This document shows, piece by piece, positions 30,582 to 40,512 of a stretch of DNA of 64,000 nucleotides. The notes under the pieces were generated by a model, which made no database searches, was not told the origin of the DNA, and worked only from the letters and a program-made list of their open reading frames with translations. Position 1 is the first letter of the stretch; every line of letters starts with the position of its first letter. The position numbers and the translations under genes are program-made. Origin of the DNA: a bacterium (GTDB lineage: Bacteria > Patescibacteriota > Minisyncoccia > Phycocordibacterales > UBA9973); the NCBI GenBank assembly GCA_037130655.1, contig JBAXSP010000004.1, positions 337 to 64,336 of the forward strand, in the 5' to 3' direction.

Positions 30582-30703
30582 GTGCCTTTATTTAATTGTA
30601 CTTATATTATATCAAATAAATAATAAAAAGTCAATGGCATATTGTATAGATTTAGACTTCCCGCACATAAGAAAAACCCTCAATATTGAGGGTTTTTCTT
30701 ATG

Positions 30704-30774
30704 TGCGGGATAAGAGAATCGAACTCTTGTCCCCTGCTTGGAAGGCAGGTATTCTACCACTAAACCAATCCCGC
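30704..30774 (-). tRNA. tRNA-Gly(TCC)
   Basis: GCGGGAT/ATCCCGC-A acceptor, CCTGC-CTTCCAA-GCAGG anticodon arm. Confidence 0.95.
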
Positions 30775-30816
30775 ATAAGTTGAACTAAAACTTACTATTT
30801 AACTATCATTTCTTAG

Positions 30817-30887
30817 TCGGGGTGCCGAGAATCGAACTCGGCTCTCACGGTCCCAAACCGCGTATACTACCGATGTACTACACCCCG
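30817..30887 (-). tRNA. tRNA-Pro(TGG)
   Basis: CGGGGTG/CACCCCG-A acceptor, CGCGG-TTTGGGA-CCGTG anticodon arm. Confidence 0.95.
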
Positions 30888-30993
30888 ATTAAGCATTAGC
30901 CCAACTGATGATCATCATACCATATTCATGTTTTTTTTCAACTTTTCTCATAAAAAACAGCCCGAAGGGCTGTTTTAAAGAATAGATTATTTG

Positions 30994-32001
30994 TTATTGC
31001 TTACGAAACGTTCTAAATACCGGTTTTTCATTTTCATCAGAGGATGAAAAGAAATATGTTCCAGGGCTTAGACCGTTTAAATCAATATTCGTCTGACTAG
31101 TAGTACCGACAAATACCTTTCTCCCGCTAACATCAATAATGGTTACTGTTTTCCCGGATGGAAAACCTGATAATATCAAGTTATTAGCGACAGGATTAGG
31201 GAAAATACTTATCACCGGAACGGTTTGTTGACCGACGGTAATTGTAGTAAATTTTTCTGTTCTGCCGTTTAAATCAACTTCGATCAAACGATAATAACAA
31301 AATTCATCCACCATATCTGTGAAAGAATATGTTTGAAGTGTATTACTTGTACCAACGGCCTTTATTTGAGCTATTGGAACAAAATTAATACCATCAAAAC
31401 TTCTTTCTACAGAAAAATAGTCTGCATTCTGCTCAGCCGCAGTCTGCCAAATAAGTAGATTCTTACCATTTTGAGCTGTCCCTTTGAAGGAAACAATGTT
31501 CACTGGCAATGGCTCATTGCTTTTGTCAGTAAATGTTCCGGCAGAGATACCTGCCTGTAGGGAATTGGTATTCCACGTTAGATCGGTGTTGTCCGAAGAC
31601 GTACCGCTATTTGCAAATACAACAGTGCACAAGTCAGTAAAACTCGTAGGAATAGCGATTCTCGAAACAGGGGCCGTTATGGTGAGACTACAGATACCTG
31701 TAGTGTTATCATAATTGGCATTTAATGAATAACCGGTCCACGCAGGATCCATTGACGAAGTTGTAATTGAAGTAACTTTACTGAAATTTGATATCGTAAA
31801 AACAAAAATATTTACATCAAGACTATCCAAAGAAGACAGCCTGATTTGAGGAGTGACCGTGAGGCTAGTAGCCGACACAGAAGAGGATACAAACTTTCCG
31901 TCCATGGTTGTTTGGGCAGATACTGACATGCAGATGCAAAGCATTGCGAGGGCGATTGAATATATTTTTTTCATTGTAATAACTGGATTTATTTCCTTCA
32001 T
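30994..32001 (-). CDS. Secreted protein with Bacteroidota-type T9SS type A C-terminal sorting domain
   Basis: Signal peptide (VSA-Q), PLPVNIVSF...WQTAAEQNADYFSVERSFDG...YYRL module, IFPNPV...IDVSGRKV...LSPGTYF CTD pattern. Confidence 0.85.
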   Translation of the reverse strand: MKEINPVITMKKIYSIALAMLCICMSVSAQTTMDGKFVSSSVSATSLTVTPQIRLSSLDSLDVNIFVFTISNFSKVTSITTSSMDPAWTGYSLNANYDNTTGICSLTITAPVSRIAIPTSFTDLCTVVFANSGTSSDNTDLTWNTNSLQAGISAGTFTDKSNEPLPVNIVSFKGTAQNGKNLLIWQTAAEQNADYFSVERSFDGINFVPIAQIKAVGTSNTLQTYSFTDMVDEFCYYRLIEVDLNGRTEKFTTITVGQQTVPVISIFPNPVANNLILSGFPSGKTVTIIDVSGRKVFVGTTSQTNIDLNGLSPGTYFFSSSDENEKPVFRTFRKQ

Positions 32002-32040
32002 TACTATATATCAGATAAATGGTTTTGTAAAGAAAAACCC

Positions 32041-33138
32041 TCAGACAAGCTGAGGGTTGGGTTTTTTACCTAATTTTTTCAAAACTACATAATGTGAATA
32101 AAGAGCGTCCCAGAATGTAGGGAATTCGTTGTAAGGAAGATTACCTTCTTTACAAACCTGTTTTACAAATACACTGATTTCTGGATAACGATCGTGACTA
32201 ATTTTGTGTTCGAGATGGTGTTCAATTTGACGATTCAAGCCACCTGCATACCATCTCCAAAACTTACTATTTGGTGCAAAATTTGCAGTGGTCAGAATTT
32301 GATGCACCGCGTTTTCATGTGGGATAACATTGTGTTCCATTCCCAAACTTGCAGGAGTGTCAACCATATCGGTCAGATCAACGACATGTGCCAATTGAAA
32401 GACAGTGCTGATGATAAGTCCGACCGAAAAAGCAATAATTCCATATGCAACAAAAACTTCTGTCCATGAGTAACCGAAGAAGTAGTGAGGCATGAGAATA
32501 AAAATTGCAACATGTAATACTTTGCTCAACCAAAAAATGAAATGGTCTTTTATTTTGAAATTTAGTTTCGCAGGACCAACACGTCCGTTAAAATAATTTG
32601 CAAAATCTGAATACCAAATCCATGTAAGATATCCGAAGACACCGTAAACCAACCACATGTACACATGCTGGAATTTCATCCAAGGCTTCCATTTTTGTGA
32701 TGGATGAAGTCGTGCAATAAACGGAATACTAATATCAGTATCGTATCCGTGTACATTTGTGTAAGTATGGTGGACCACATTGTGTTTTATTTTCCAAATT
32801 CTGATGTTGCCACCAAGAATATTGAGCCAAAAACCCATTGCGTCATTTATCCAACCCTTTTCAGAAAAAGATTCGTGACCACCATCATGCATTAAATTGA
32901 ACCCTATTCCTGCTATAACTGCTCCGAAAAACATCAAGAGTAGTATAGAAAAAAATAGCGGCAGATTAGTTGTTGCGAGCACAAAATATGAAATAGCCCA
33001 AAGGGACATAAAAATCCATGCTTTTGTATGCAACACATGCGTTCCCGTTGATCCATATTTTTTAAGATACGGATCAACAAGTTCCTTAAGTCTTTTTTTG
33101 AACCAAGGAGAGGTTGCTTTAAATATTAATTTTTCCAT
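32041..33138 (-). CDS. Membrane-bound fatty-acid (acyl-CoA/acyl-lipid) desaturase
   Basis: Three His boxes HDGGH, HNVVHH, QIEHH; FQLAH; TM helices. Confidence 0.92.
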   Translation of the reverse strand: MEKLIFKATSPWFKKRLKELVDPYLKKYGSTGTHVLHTKAWIFMSLWAISYFVLATTNLPLFFSILLLMFFGAVIAGIGFNLMHDGGHESFSEKGWINDAMGFWLNILGGNIRIWKIKHNVVHHTYTNVHGYDTDISIPFIARLHPSQKWKPWMKFQHVYMWLVYGVFGYLTWIWYSDFANYFNGRVGPAKLNFKIKDHFIFWLSKVLHVAIFILMPHYFFGYSWTEVFVAYGIIAFSVGLIISTVFQLAHVVDLTDMVDTPASLGMEHNVIPHENAVHQILTTANFAPNSKFWRWYAGGLNRQIEHHLEHKISHDRYPEISVFVKQVCKEGNLPYNEFPTFWDALYSHYVVLKKLGKKPNPQLV

Positions 33139-33292
33139 ATCTATTTAAAAGAATTTTTCCTCTCAAATTATATCACTGTCTATAGAAAACAAAAATCACC
33201 CGAATGGGTGATTTTTGTTTTATGCCGACAATCTTACAAGCTATAGATCTTGTTTGATTTCCAATAAAAACAATTAATTAAATTTGTTTTTA

Positions 33293-33568
33293 TTATTTTG
33301 CAACAGCATCTTTGAGAGCTTTTGCTGCGCGGAATTTTGGAACTCGTGTTGCTGGAACACTTACAGACGCACCTGTTTTTGGGTTGCGAGCTGTACGTGC
33401 TGCACGCATTTTTACAGAGAAGATACCAAGTCCAGCGATACTTACTTCTTCGCCTTTCTTCAAAGTACCAACTACTGCGTCCAAGATACTATCGACAACC
33501 ATTTCAGCTTGTACTTTTGTACCGCCGATTTTCTCTTGTACGAGTTCTACAATTGCTGCTTTGTTCAT
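33293..33568 (-). CDS. hup: HU family DNA-binding protein
   Basis: MNKAAIV..., GLGIF, ARTARNPKTG, PKFRAAKALKDAV. Confidence 0.95.
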   Translation of the reverse strand: MNKAAIVELVQEKIGGTKVQAEMVVDSILDAVVGTLKKGEEVSIAGLGIFSVKMRAARTARNPKTGASVSVPATRVPKFRAAKALKDAVAK

Positions 33569-33809
33569 AATAAATAAAATACTATGACTACTAATGAGCG
33601 ACCATTTCGACAGACAGCTTATGCGTTCGCCTAAGCTGTTTACATTATATCCAAGTTTTACAAGGGGATGCAAGGGCTTTACTGTTGACAAGTTTTTGAA
33701 ACAATATAGAAGTATTTTGATAATTAGAACAAAAAAAGAGCACTAATTTCGTTCGTGCTCTTTTTTCTATCTATATTCTGAAATACTATATTCTGATTTA
33801 CTTTTTGTT

Positions 33810-35339
33810 CTACCGTGCGAATTCGATAATTCGATTCTCACGAATGACGGTAATCTTGATTTCACCAGGGAATTTGAGTTCTTGCTCGATTTTTTTAACA
33901 ATATCACGTGCCAAATGTTTAGCTTCGATATCAGAAACACTGTCAGGGGAGACAAAGATACGAACTTCACGTCCCGCAGAGATAGCATATGACCTCTCAA
34001 CACCCTTGAAACCATTAATGATTCCTTCGAGGTCTGCCAGTCGTTTCAAGTAATTCTCAACAGTATCACGACGTGCTCCTGGGCGCCCACCAGAGATATA
34101 GTCTGCGGTCTGCACAATCACTGCCTCAATACTTTCATGAGGACAATCGTCATGGTGAGATTTCATTGCGGTGATAATACGTGGATCTGCACCAAATTTT
34201 TCAAGAATACGAATACCGATATCGATATGTGTTCCCTGAACTTCGTGATCAAGTGCTTTTCCGATGTCGTGCACCAATGCACCCGCCTTGGCGATTGCAA
34301 CATCAGCACCAAGCTCTTCTGCAAGCATTCCTGCAATATGCACCATTTCAATCGAGTGCTGAAGTACATTTTGTCCATAACTGGTACGGAAATGCAATCT
34401 TCCAACAATAGCTACGATACGAGGGTCAAGATTGAAGATTCCACATTCATAGACGGCTCGTTCTCCTTCTTCTTTCATAATCTTGTTAATTTCCTCTCGA
34501 GCCTTATCGAGTGTTTCCTCGATTTTTGCTGGCTGGATACGTCCATCAGAAATAAGATTTTCCAATGCTACACGAGCAACTTGCCGACGAACAGGGTCAA
34601 ATGAAGAAATAACAATCGTACCCGGAGTATCATCAATAATGAGCTCGACGCCGGCTGCACGTTCGAAAGACCGAATATTACGTCCTTCTTTTCCAATAAT
34701 CTTACCTTTGATGTCCTCTGAAGGAATATTCACGACGGTAGTCAGATGTTCTTGGGCGGTAGAAGATGAAAGCCGATGAATGGTGGTGGTCAAAATTTCT
34801 TTGGCACGACGATTCAACTTTTCTTCATTTTCACATTCAAGCTTACGGGTGCGAATCATCAGATCTTCTGCATAATCGCGCTCAATATCTTTTTCAAGGA
34901 TTACTTTCGCTTCTTCTTTTGAAAGACCAGCGATTTTTTGGATTTCTTTGATTTTTCCAGCTTCAAGCTCTGAAACATTTGTCTTGATAACTTTGATTTC
35001 TTCAATTTGATCTTTCAAATGATCGGCTTCCTTGTCGAGCTCGATTTGACGAGCGTCGAGATATTCTTCTTTTTTAACCAAACGAACTTCAGTTTTCTTC
35101 CATTCATCTGTTTTTGTTTTTTCGAGCTCTTTGAGCTCTTCTTCTTTTTCTTCTGCTTTCGTGCGGGCTTCTTCGGTAATACGAGCAACTTCTTCTTTTG
35201 CACTCAAAATCATTTGCTTGATTTCAAGGTCAATAGAACCTCGTTTTGCCATCGTTAGCAGGAGACGGATAAAATATCCAGCTCCTCCTCCGAGAATAAA
35301 AGCTAGCAGCACAAAGGCTGTTTCGACGGTAAATACCAT
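33810..35339 (-). CDS. rny: Ribonuclease Y
   Basis: N-terminal TM, coiled coil, KH motif KGKIIGKEGRNIR, HD domain HDIGK. Confidence 0.97.
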   Translation of the reverse strand: MVFTVETAFVLLAFILGGGAGYFIRLLLTMAKRGSIDLEIKQMILSAKEEVARITEEARTKAEEKEEELKELEKTKTDEWKKTEVRLVKKEEYLDARQIELDKEADHLKDQIEEIKVIKTNVSELEAGKIKEIQKIAGLSKEEAKVILEKDIERDYAEDLMIRTRKLECENEEKLNRRAKEILTTTIHRLSSSTAQEHLTTVVNIPSEDIKGKIIGKEGRNIRSFERAAGVELIIDDTPGTIVISSFDPVRRQVARVALENLISDGRIQPAKIEETLDKAREEINKIMKEEGERAVYECGIFNLDPRIVAIVGRLHFRTSYGQNVLQHSIEMVHIAGMLAEELGADVAIAKAGALVHDIGKALDHEVQGTHIDIGIRILEKFGADPRIITAMKSHHDDCPHESIEAVIVQTADYISGGRPGARRDTVENYLKRLADLEGIINGFKGVERSYAISAGREVRIFVSPDSVSDIEAKHLARDIVKKIEQELKFPGEIKITVIRENRIIEFAR

Positions 35340-35350
35340 ATTTTTATATG

Positions 35351-35501
35351 CTAAGAAAACACCGATTCTATATACCGGCGGACATCAGAAATAATATGTC
35401 TTAAGAAATATACTGCTTTGAGATACATAATTTGAGATTGGAATAAACGGCATATCGGTCAATAAGGAATTTCGGAAATTTCAGAAAGGATGTCTTTTTA
35501 G
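35351..35501 (-). ncRNA. Candidate 6S-like rod-shaped RNA upstream of rny
   Basis: Minus-strand closing stem CUAAAAAGACAUC/GGUGUUUUCUUAG, central bubble, inner stem UAUGCCG/CGGUAUA; G-U pairs favour the minus strand. Confidence 0.4.
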
Positions 35502-35536
35502 ACTTAATTAAGAGTAACAAAATAAATATAACAGAA

Positions 35537-35657
35537 TAATGACCAATGTTCAATGACCAGTGACAAATAATTCGAATCAAAAGAGCGAAGCCGTAGGCTT
35601 CGCTCTTTATTATTTGGTGATTTTAATTAGTCATTGGTCACTAGTCATTAGACATTA
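35537..35657. repeat. Heptamer-arm hairpin cassette #6
   Basis: AATGACC arm, TTCGAA, hairpin AAAGAGCGAAGCC-GTA-GGCTTCGCTCTTT, inverted arm containing the clpP stop. Confidence 0.9.
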
Positions 35658-36239
35658 CTTCTTCTTGTTTCCCATTACATCATCAATCAATCCGTATTTT
35701 TTTGATTCATCAGCACTCATCCAGTAATCACGATCACTGTCTTTTTCAATTTGTGCGTATGTCTTGCCGGTATTTTTTGCCAAGATTTTGTACAGATTTT
35801 CTTTGAGCTTGAGAATATGCTTTGCAGTAATTTCTACATCAGACGCTTGTCCTTCGATGCCAGTTAGTGGTTGGTGGATCATCACTTCAGAATTCGGTAA
35901 TGCAAAACGCTTACCTTTTGCACCAGCAGAGAGAATTATAGCCCCCATACTTGCCGCCATACCAATACAGATAGTAGAAACATCACATTTGATATGATTC
36001 ATTGTATCTAAAATCGCAAGACCTGATTGGATACTTCCTCCTGGAGAGTTGATGTAGAGAGAAATATCTTTCTTTGAATCAGAATGTTCCAAGAAAAGCA
36101 GTTGAGCGATAATAATATTTGCTACCTGGTCATCAATCGGACCACCGAGGAAAATAATACGTTCGTTCAAAAGGCGAGAGTAGATGTCATACGCTCGTTC
36201 GCCATTCATTGTTTTTTCGATAACTGTTGGGATTAACAT
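35655..36239 (-). CDS. clpP: ATP-dependent Clp protease proteolytic subunit
   Basis: [26 protein letters not shown]. Confidence 0.98.
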   Translation of the reverse strand: MLIPTVIEKTMNGERAYDIYSRLLNERIIFLGGPIDDQVANIIIAQLLFLEHSDSKKDISLYINSPGGSIQSGLAILDTMNHIKCDVSTICIGMAASMGAIILSAGAKGKRFALPNSEVMIHQPLTGIEGQASDVEITAKHILKLKENLYKILAKNTGKTYAQIEKDSDRDYWMSADESKKYGLIDDVMGNKKK

Positions 36240-36362
36240 AGGTAAGTTATAAAGTTAAAAATTCATAAAGTCTATAAAGTAGTGAGAACACTATAGCATT
36301 ATTTGGGGATTTTTCAACAAATAAAAACAACGACCACTGGTCGTTGTTTTTATTTGTTTTTA

Positions 36363-37430
36363 CTATTTCAATGCTTCCAAGAAATTCAACGCTTTATCAT
36401 TTGTCATTGTTTCATCAATGTATGACACTGCACGAGCTTTGTCGGCACCAGGATATTGTTTCAAGATTTCTTCTACTTGTTTTTCAACTTCTTCTTGTGA
36501 AGGTTTCAAATTTTCAGCCTTAGCGATTGCTTCGAGTGCCAATTTTCCAACAACACTTTTCTTTGCTTCACCCTTGATCTCTTCTCGCAAATCAGCTTCT
36601 TTTTTGTTGATACGAGTCATGTAGTCATCAAACAATAACCCCATTGATTCGATATCGTGCTTCATGCGTTGCAACATAATATCACTTTCACTTTGGATGA
36701 GCACTGCAGGGATTTCAACTTCTGTTGCGTCGATCAATGCATCCATAATCAATGTACGTACGCGAGATTTTTCACGTTGTTCTTTTTCAAGGGTAATATT
36801 TGCTTCAACTTTTGCGCGAAGTGCCGCAACATCATCAAAACCAAAACTCTTAGCGAATTCATCATTCAATTCTGGCAACATATCGTCTGTAATTTCGCCG
36901 TGTGAGTGATCATCATGATCATGTCCACCTTCTTCATGTAGTTTGTTGTGAGCACGCATTTCTTGCAATTGGCGCAATGTTTTTTCTACATCTTGATCAA
37001 GCGGTTGTTCGTTTTCATTGTTTTCAGTATCGTCTTTCTTCGAAATTGCTTCTTTTGCAATCTTTTTGTAGTCAGGAAGTGTAAATGAAGGCATCACGTC
37101 AGTAACAATCTTGAATTCCAATGGGTTTCCCTTGGCAATTTTAGTAATGATAACTTCTGGATAACCAATAGCATCAACTTTTTCGATAGTCAACATTTCC
37201 AAATAAACCGCTTCGATAGCCAATTCTGCCATTTTTTCAAACAGCACCATCTCTGATACTTCTTTTTCAACCATCGCTACTGGTACCTGTCCTTTGCGGA
37301 AACCTTTGACTTCCACCACTTGAGCGAATATCTCAAGCGCTTTTTGTTTGTAACTTTCTACTTTTTCCCATTCTAGTTGAGAAGCCAGTTCGATCTTTGA
37401 ATCTGGTAGTGTGTTTTTTGTGATTTTCAT
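36363..37430 (-). CDS. tig: Trigger factor lacking the FKBP PPIase domain
   Basis: GFRKGQVP ribosome-binding motif, LPELNDEFAK; short His-rich linker where the PPIase domain normally lies. Confidence 0.9.
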   Translation of the reverse strand: MKITKNTLPDSKIELASQLEWEKVESYKQKALEIFAQVVEVKGFRKGQVPVAMVEKEVSEMVLFEKMAELAIEAVYLEMLTIEKVDAIGYPEVIITKIAKGNPLEFKIVTDVMPSFTLPDYKKIAKEAISKKDDTENNENEQPLDQDVEKTLRQLQEMRAHNKLHEEGGHDHDDHSHGEITDDMLPELNDEFAKSFGFDDVAALRAKVEANITLEKEQREKSRVRTLIMDALIDATEVEIPAVLIQSESDIMLQRMKHDIESMGLLFDDYMTRINKKEADLREEIKGEAKKSVVGKLALEAIAKAENLKPSQEEVEKQVEEILKQYPGADKARAVSYIDETMTNDKALNFLEALK

Positions 37431-37470
37431 AGGCAGAGCATATCGTTTTCTTGCTTAAAAAGCAAGAAAA

Positions 37471-37593
37471 TAATGACTAATTACCAATGACCGATGACTA
37501 ATAATTTCGAACTAAAAAAAGCAAAACATTTCATGTTTCGCTTTTTTGGTTAATGTTGTTTTACTGGTCATTAGTCATTGGACACTAGTCATT
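37471..37593. repeat. Heptamer-arm hairpin cassette #7
   Basis: AATGACT arm, TTCGAA, hairpin AAAAAAGCAAAACAT-TTC-ATGTTTCGCTTTTTT, inverted arm containing the upstream gene's stop. Confidence 0.88.
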
Positions 37594-37801
37594 GTTCTAA
37601 TGTCTCACTATCTGTCGAAGAGGCAACAGAATCAAGTGTTGCAGTGTTTTCTTTGACCTCAAGATTGATTTGATCTGATACAGGATCTGAGGCGAGTGGT
37701 TTTTTATTTACCTTATTACTTATATACGAAAGAGAAACACCCCCTATAATTATAAGGAGTATTAAAATAACTAGTTTTTTTCCATTATTTGTCATTTGCA
37801 A
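37589..37801 (-). CDS. Small single-TM protein
   Basis: 70 aa, one N-terminal TM. Confidence 0.65.
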   Translation of the reverse strand: MQMTNNGKKLVILILLIIIGGVSLSYISNKVNKKPLASDPVSDQINLEVKENTATLDSVASSTDSETLEQ

Positions 37802-38261
37802 TACTTATGACGATTGAACGGAGCAATTTATTACTGTCATTAGTATTGTCACGCAAAGAATTTATGGTGTTTTGTTTACTTGCAAAAAATTTTGCCGTTG
37901 GATCAATGATTTTGATAGAACTTAGTTCGTCGACATATGATTTTGCAAGTTCAATGTTTTTATTCACAATATCCCAATTTGTTTGTGTCTCTGTAGATAA
38001 AACTTTTCCGTTTGATGTATACTCAGCAATCATTTTTTCTACTTTTTGATAGCGTGCTTGTGTACGAAGCAGGGGAGACGCAAAAATACCATCGATCTTA
38101 TACGTACGAGCTTTTGGTTCGATAATTTCTACTGTAGAAGTTGCTTGAACTGTTGTTGATGTAGCTTTTGGAGTAATAGTGGTTGTTTTCTTAACAGTCA
38201 CAGCGTTTCCAATAAGAGGAAGAAAGAAGAGTGGCAACAAAAGAATAGAGATGTATTTCAT
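37785..38261 (-). CDS. Secreted helical hypothetical protein
   Basis: Signal peptide MKYISILLL, Thr-rich linker, helical domain. Confidence 0.7.
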   Translation of the reverse strand: MKYISILLLPLFFLPLIGNAVTVKKTTTITPKATSTTVQATSTVEIIEPKARTYKIDGIFASPLLRTQARYQKVEKMIAEYTSNGKVLSTETQTNWDIVNKNIELAKSYVDELSSIKIIDPTAKFFASKQNTINSLRDNTNDSNKLLRSIVISIANDK

Positions 38262-38353
38262 AGAGTAAGTATACAACAAAGAAAAGTATAAGGAATTAGT
38301 ATAAGTATGAGGAAACAAAAGAGCGAAACCTTTCAGGTTTCGCTCTTTTGTTT

Positions 38354-38941
38354 TTATTCCTCGAATTTCGGAAGATAGTCTTTCACATATCGTTCCTCAC
38401 ACTCTTTGATCACTTTAATTGCTTCGTCTTTTTCGAAGAAACCAAGTGGTTTACAAGTGCCAGGTTTTTTCAAGTGTTTGTAATACTCAAAATAATGTTC
38501 AACTTCTTTCATCCAGTGTTCACCCAAGTCTGTATATGACTTAATGTGATCCATTCGTTTGTCGTCTGCGAGTACAGTAATGATTTTGTCATCACGTTCT
38601 CCGCCGTCTTCGAATTTCATCACACCAATAACTCGAAGCTCAGCCAAAGATCCAGGTAATAATGTTTCTGTTACATTTGCAACAACAACATCAAGTAAAT
38701 CTCCGTCTTCATCCCATGTTTTTGGAATAAGTCCGTAGGTGATAGGGTAGGCAAGAGAAGAGTATCCGACACGATCAAGCTTTAATACACCAGCTTCAGT
38801 AATATATTCGTATTTGTTGATTGTGTTTGGTGTAATTTCTATCAATCCGTTTACAACACCTTTTTCTTCATCAACAAAAGCTGGAAGAATATGTTGTAAA
38901 TTCAACATGTACTTTGATGGTTTGTGGTCGATGTTTGCCAT
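38354..38941 (-). CDS. ppa: Family I inorganic pyrophosphatase
   Basis: KYEY, LDR, YGLIPKTWDEDGDLLD, DDKI. Confidence 0.95.
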   Translation of the reverse strand: MANIDHKPSKYMLNLQHILPAFVDEEKGVVNGLIEITPNTINKYEYITEAGVLKLDRVGYSSLAYPITYGLIPKTWDEDGDLLDVVVANVTETLLPGSLAELRVIGVMKFEDGGERDDKIITVLADDKRMDHIKSYTDLGEHWMKEVEHYFEYYKHLKKPGTCKPLGFFEKDEAIKVIKECEERYVKDYLPKFEE

Positions 38942-38942
38942 A

Positions 38943-40229
38943 TTATGCAGTTTCTTCAACGATTTCTGCTACAGTTTCGACATCTTCTTGTGACAAACCT
39001 TCTTCTGTTGCTTCTTCAAGTGCTTCAGTAACAGCTTCACCAAGATCTGCACCACTGTTTTTCTTTTCTTCACGCTCATCTGAAGCCATAATTGTGTCGT
39101 CTACAACAATATCACCAACAGTACCTTTGATATCAATTCTCCAACCAGTAAGCTTCGCAGCGAGACGAACATTTTGTCCTCCTTTACCGATTGCAAGAGA
39201 TAGTTGATCTTCAGCAACTTCAACAGACGCTTTGTGTTCTGTTTCGTCGATTTCGATGTTCAATACTTTTGCAGGAGACAGAGAGTTTGAAATAAATTCA
39301 GCTGGACTTTCTGACCATGGAATAATATCAATCTTTTCTCCGTTTAGTTCATTTGAAACAGTTGTAACACGAACTCCGCGTCCTCCGACACACGCACCGA
39401 TAGGGTCTACTTGGTCATCATTTGAGTGTACAGCGATTTTTGAACGAGAACCTGGTTCACGAGCGATTGATTTGATTTCAACTGTTCCTGACGCAATTTC
39501 TGGTGCTTCAATTTCAAACAATGCATGCAAGAATTTAGGATGTGTACGAGAAAGTCTCAAATTTACTCCGCGAACTGATTCTTCAACAGAGAAGAGGTAT
39601 GCACGAATACGATCTCCGCGATTCCAACGTTCTCCAGGGATTTGTTCTTCAGGAGAAAGTACTCCAGTTGCACGATTGAAATCAACAAAAAGCATTCCTT
39701 TTTCTACTTTTTGGACATACCCATTCACAATTTCACCTTCTTTGTCTCCGTATTCATCAATGATTGTTGAACGTTCTGCTTCACGAATCTTTTGAATAAT
39801 CACCTGTTTAGCTGTTTGAGCAGCAACACGCCCAAAATCTGCTTTGTTTTCAAGTGGAAAAATGATTTCATCTTCCAATTCAGCATCTTTTTTGATTTTC
39901 TTCGCGTCTTCCAAGAAAATATGATGTTCTTCATTGTAACGAACACGCATATCTCCTTCTTCAAGCACTTCTTCAGCAGGTTCTTCACCTTCTGTTTCTT
40001 CAACAATACGAACAAGTGTGTCATCTACAACGATTTTTACTTGAGAAAAATCTGTTTCTCCTGTTTCCATATCAAAAGAACAACGAACGATTTGTCCTTT
40101 TTTTCCGTAATCTTTTTTGTATGCAGCAGCCAAAGATTGCTCAATAGCTTCAATTATTTTATCTTTTGGTATTTTTCGCTCTTCTTCTAGTTGAATAAGG
40201 GCGAGTTTCATTGTTTTTAAGTCAAACAT
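38943..40229 (-). CDS. nusA: Transcription termination/antitermination factor NusA
   Basis: FGRVAAQTAKQVI, AREPGSRSKIAV, AIGKGGQNVRLA. Confidence 0.98.
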   Translation of the reverse strand: MFDLKTMKLALIQLEEERKIPKDKIIEAIEQSLAAAYKKDYGKKGQIVRCSFDMETGETDFSQVKIVVDDTLVRIVEETEGEEPAEEVLEEGDMRVRYNEEHHIFLEDAKKIKKDAELEDEIIFPLENKADFGRVAAQTAKQVIIQKIREAERSTIIDEYGDKEGEIVNGYVQKVEKGMLFVDFNRATGVLSPEEQIPGERWNRGDRIRAYLFSVEESVRGVNLRLSRTHPKFLHALFEIEAPEIASGTVEIKSIAREPGSRSKIAVHSNDDQVDPIGACVGGRGVRVTTVSNELNGEKIDIIPWSESPAEFISNSLSPAKVLNIEIDETEHKASVEVAEDQLSLAIGKGGQNVRLAAKLTGWRIDIKGTVGDIVVDDTIMASDEREEKKNSGADLGEAVTEALEEATEEGLSQEDVETVAEIVEETA

Positions 40230-40436
40230 ATTTTATTTTTATTTAATTTTGCTAATTTTTCTAAAAATAATGCCCGCTTTTGGCGGACATTACTATTAAT
40301 ATCTTTATATTACATAACAAAACAGGAAAACACAAGTCATTCACTTTTTATTTTTTATTGTTGTAATGATTTTTTATTTTTTCAAAAAAATGTAAAACAG
40401 GCTTTGTTTTGTAAGACTATTAACAACTTGTTCAGG

Positions 40437-40487
40437 TTATCCACAGGTTTTCAACATATTTTTTAGATTTTGGGGAGTTTATCCACA
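40437..40487. promoter_or_regulatory. DnaA boxes upstream of dnaA
   Basis: TTATCCACA at 40437-40445 and 40479-40487. Confidence 0.85.
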
Positions 40488-40512
40488 GAACATAAAAGCT
40501 ATAATGTTTTTT

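Noticed and set aside
30659-30710. Fourth tRNA-tail cassette after tRNA-Gly(TCC)
   Set aside because: Only a simple long inverted repeat that includes the last ~9 nt of the tRNA; it lacks the shared 22-mer and the distal copy.
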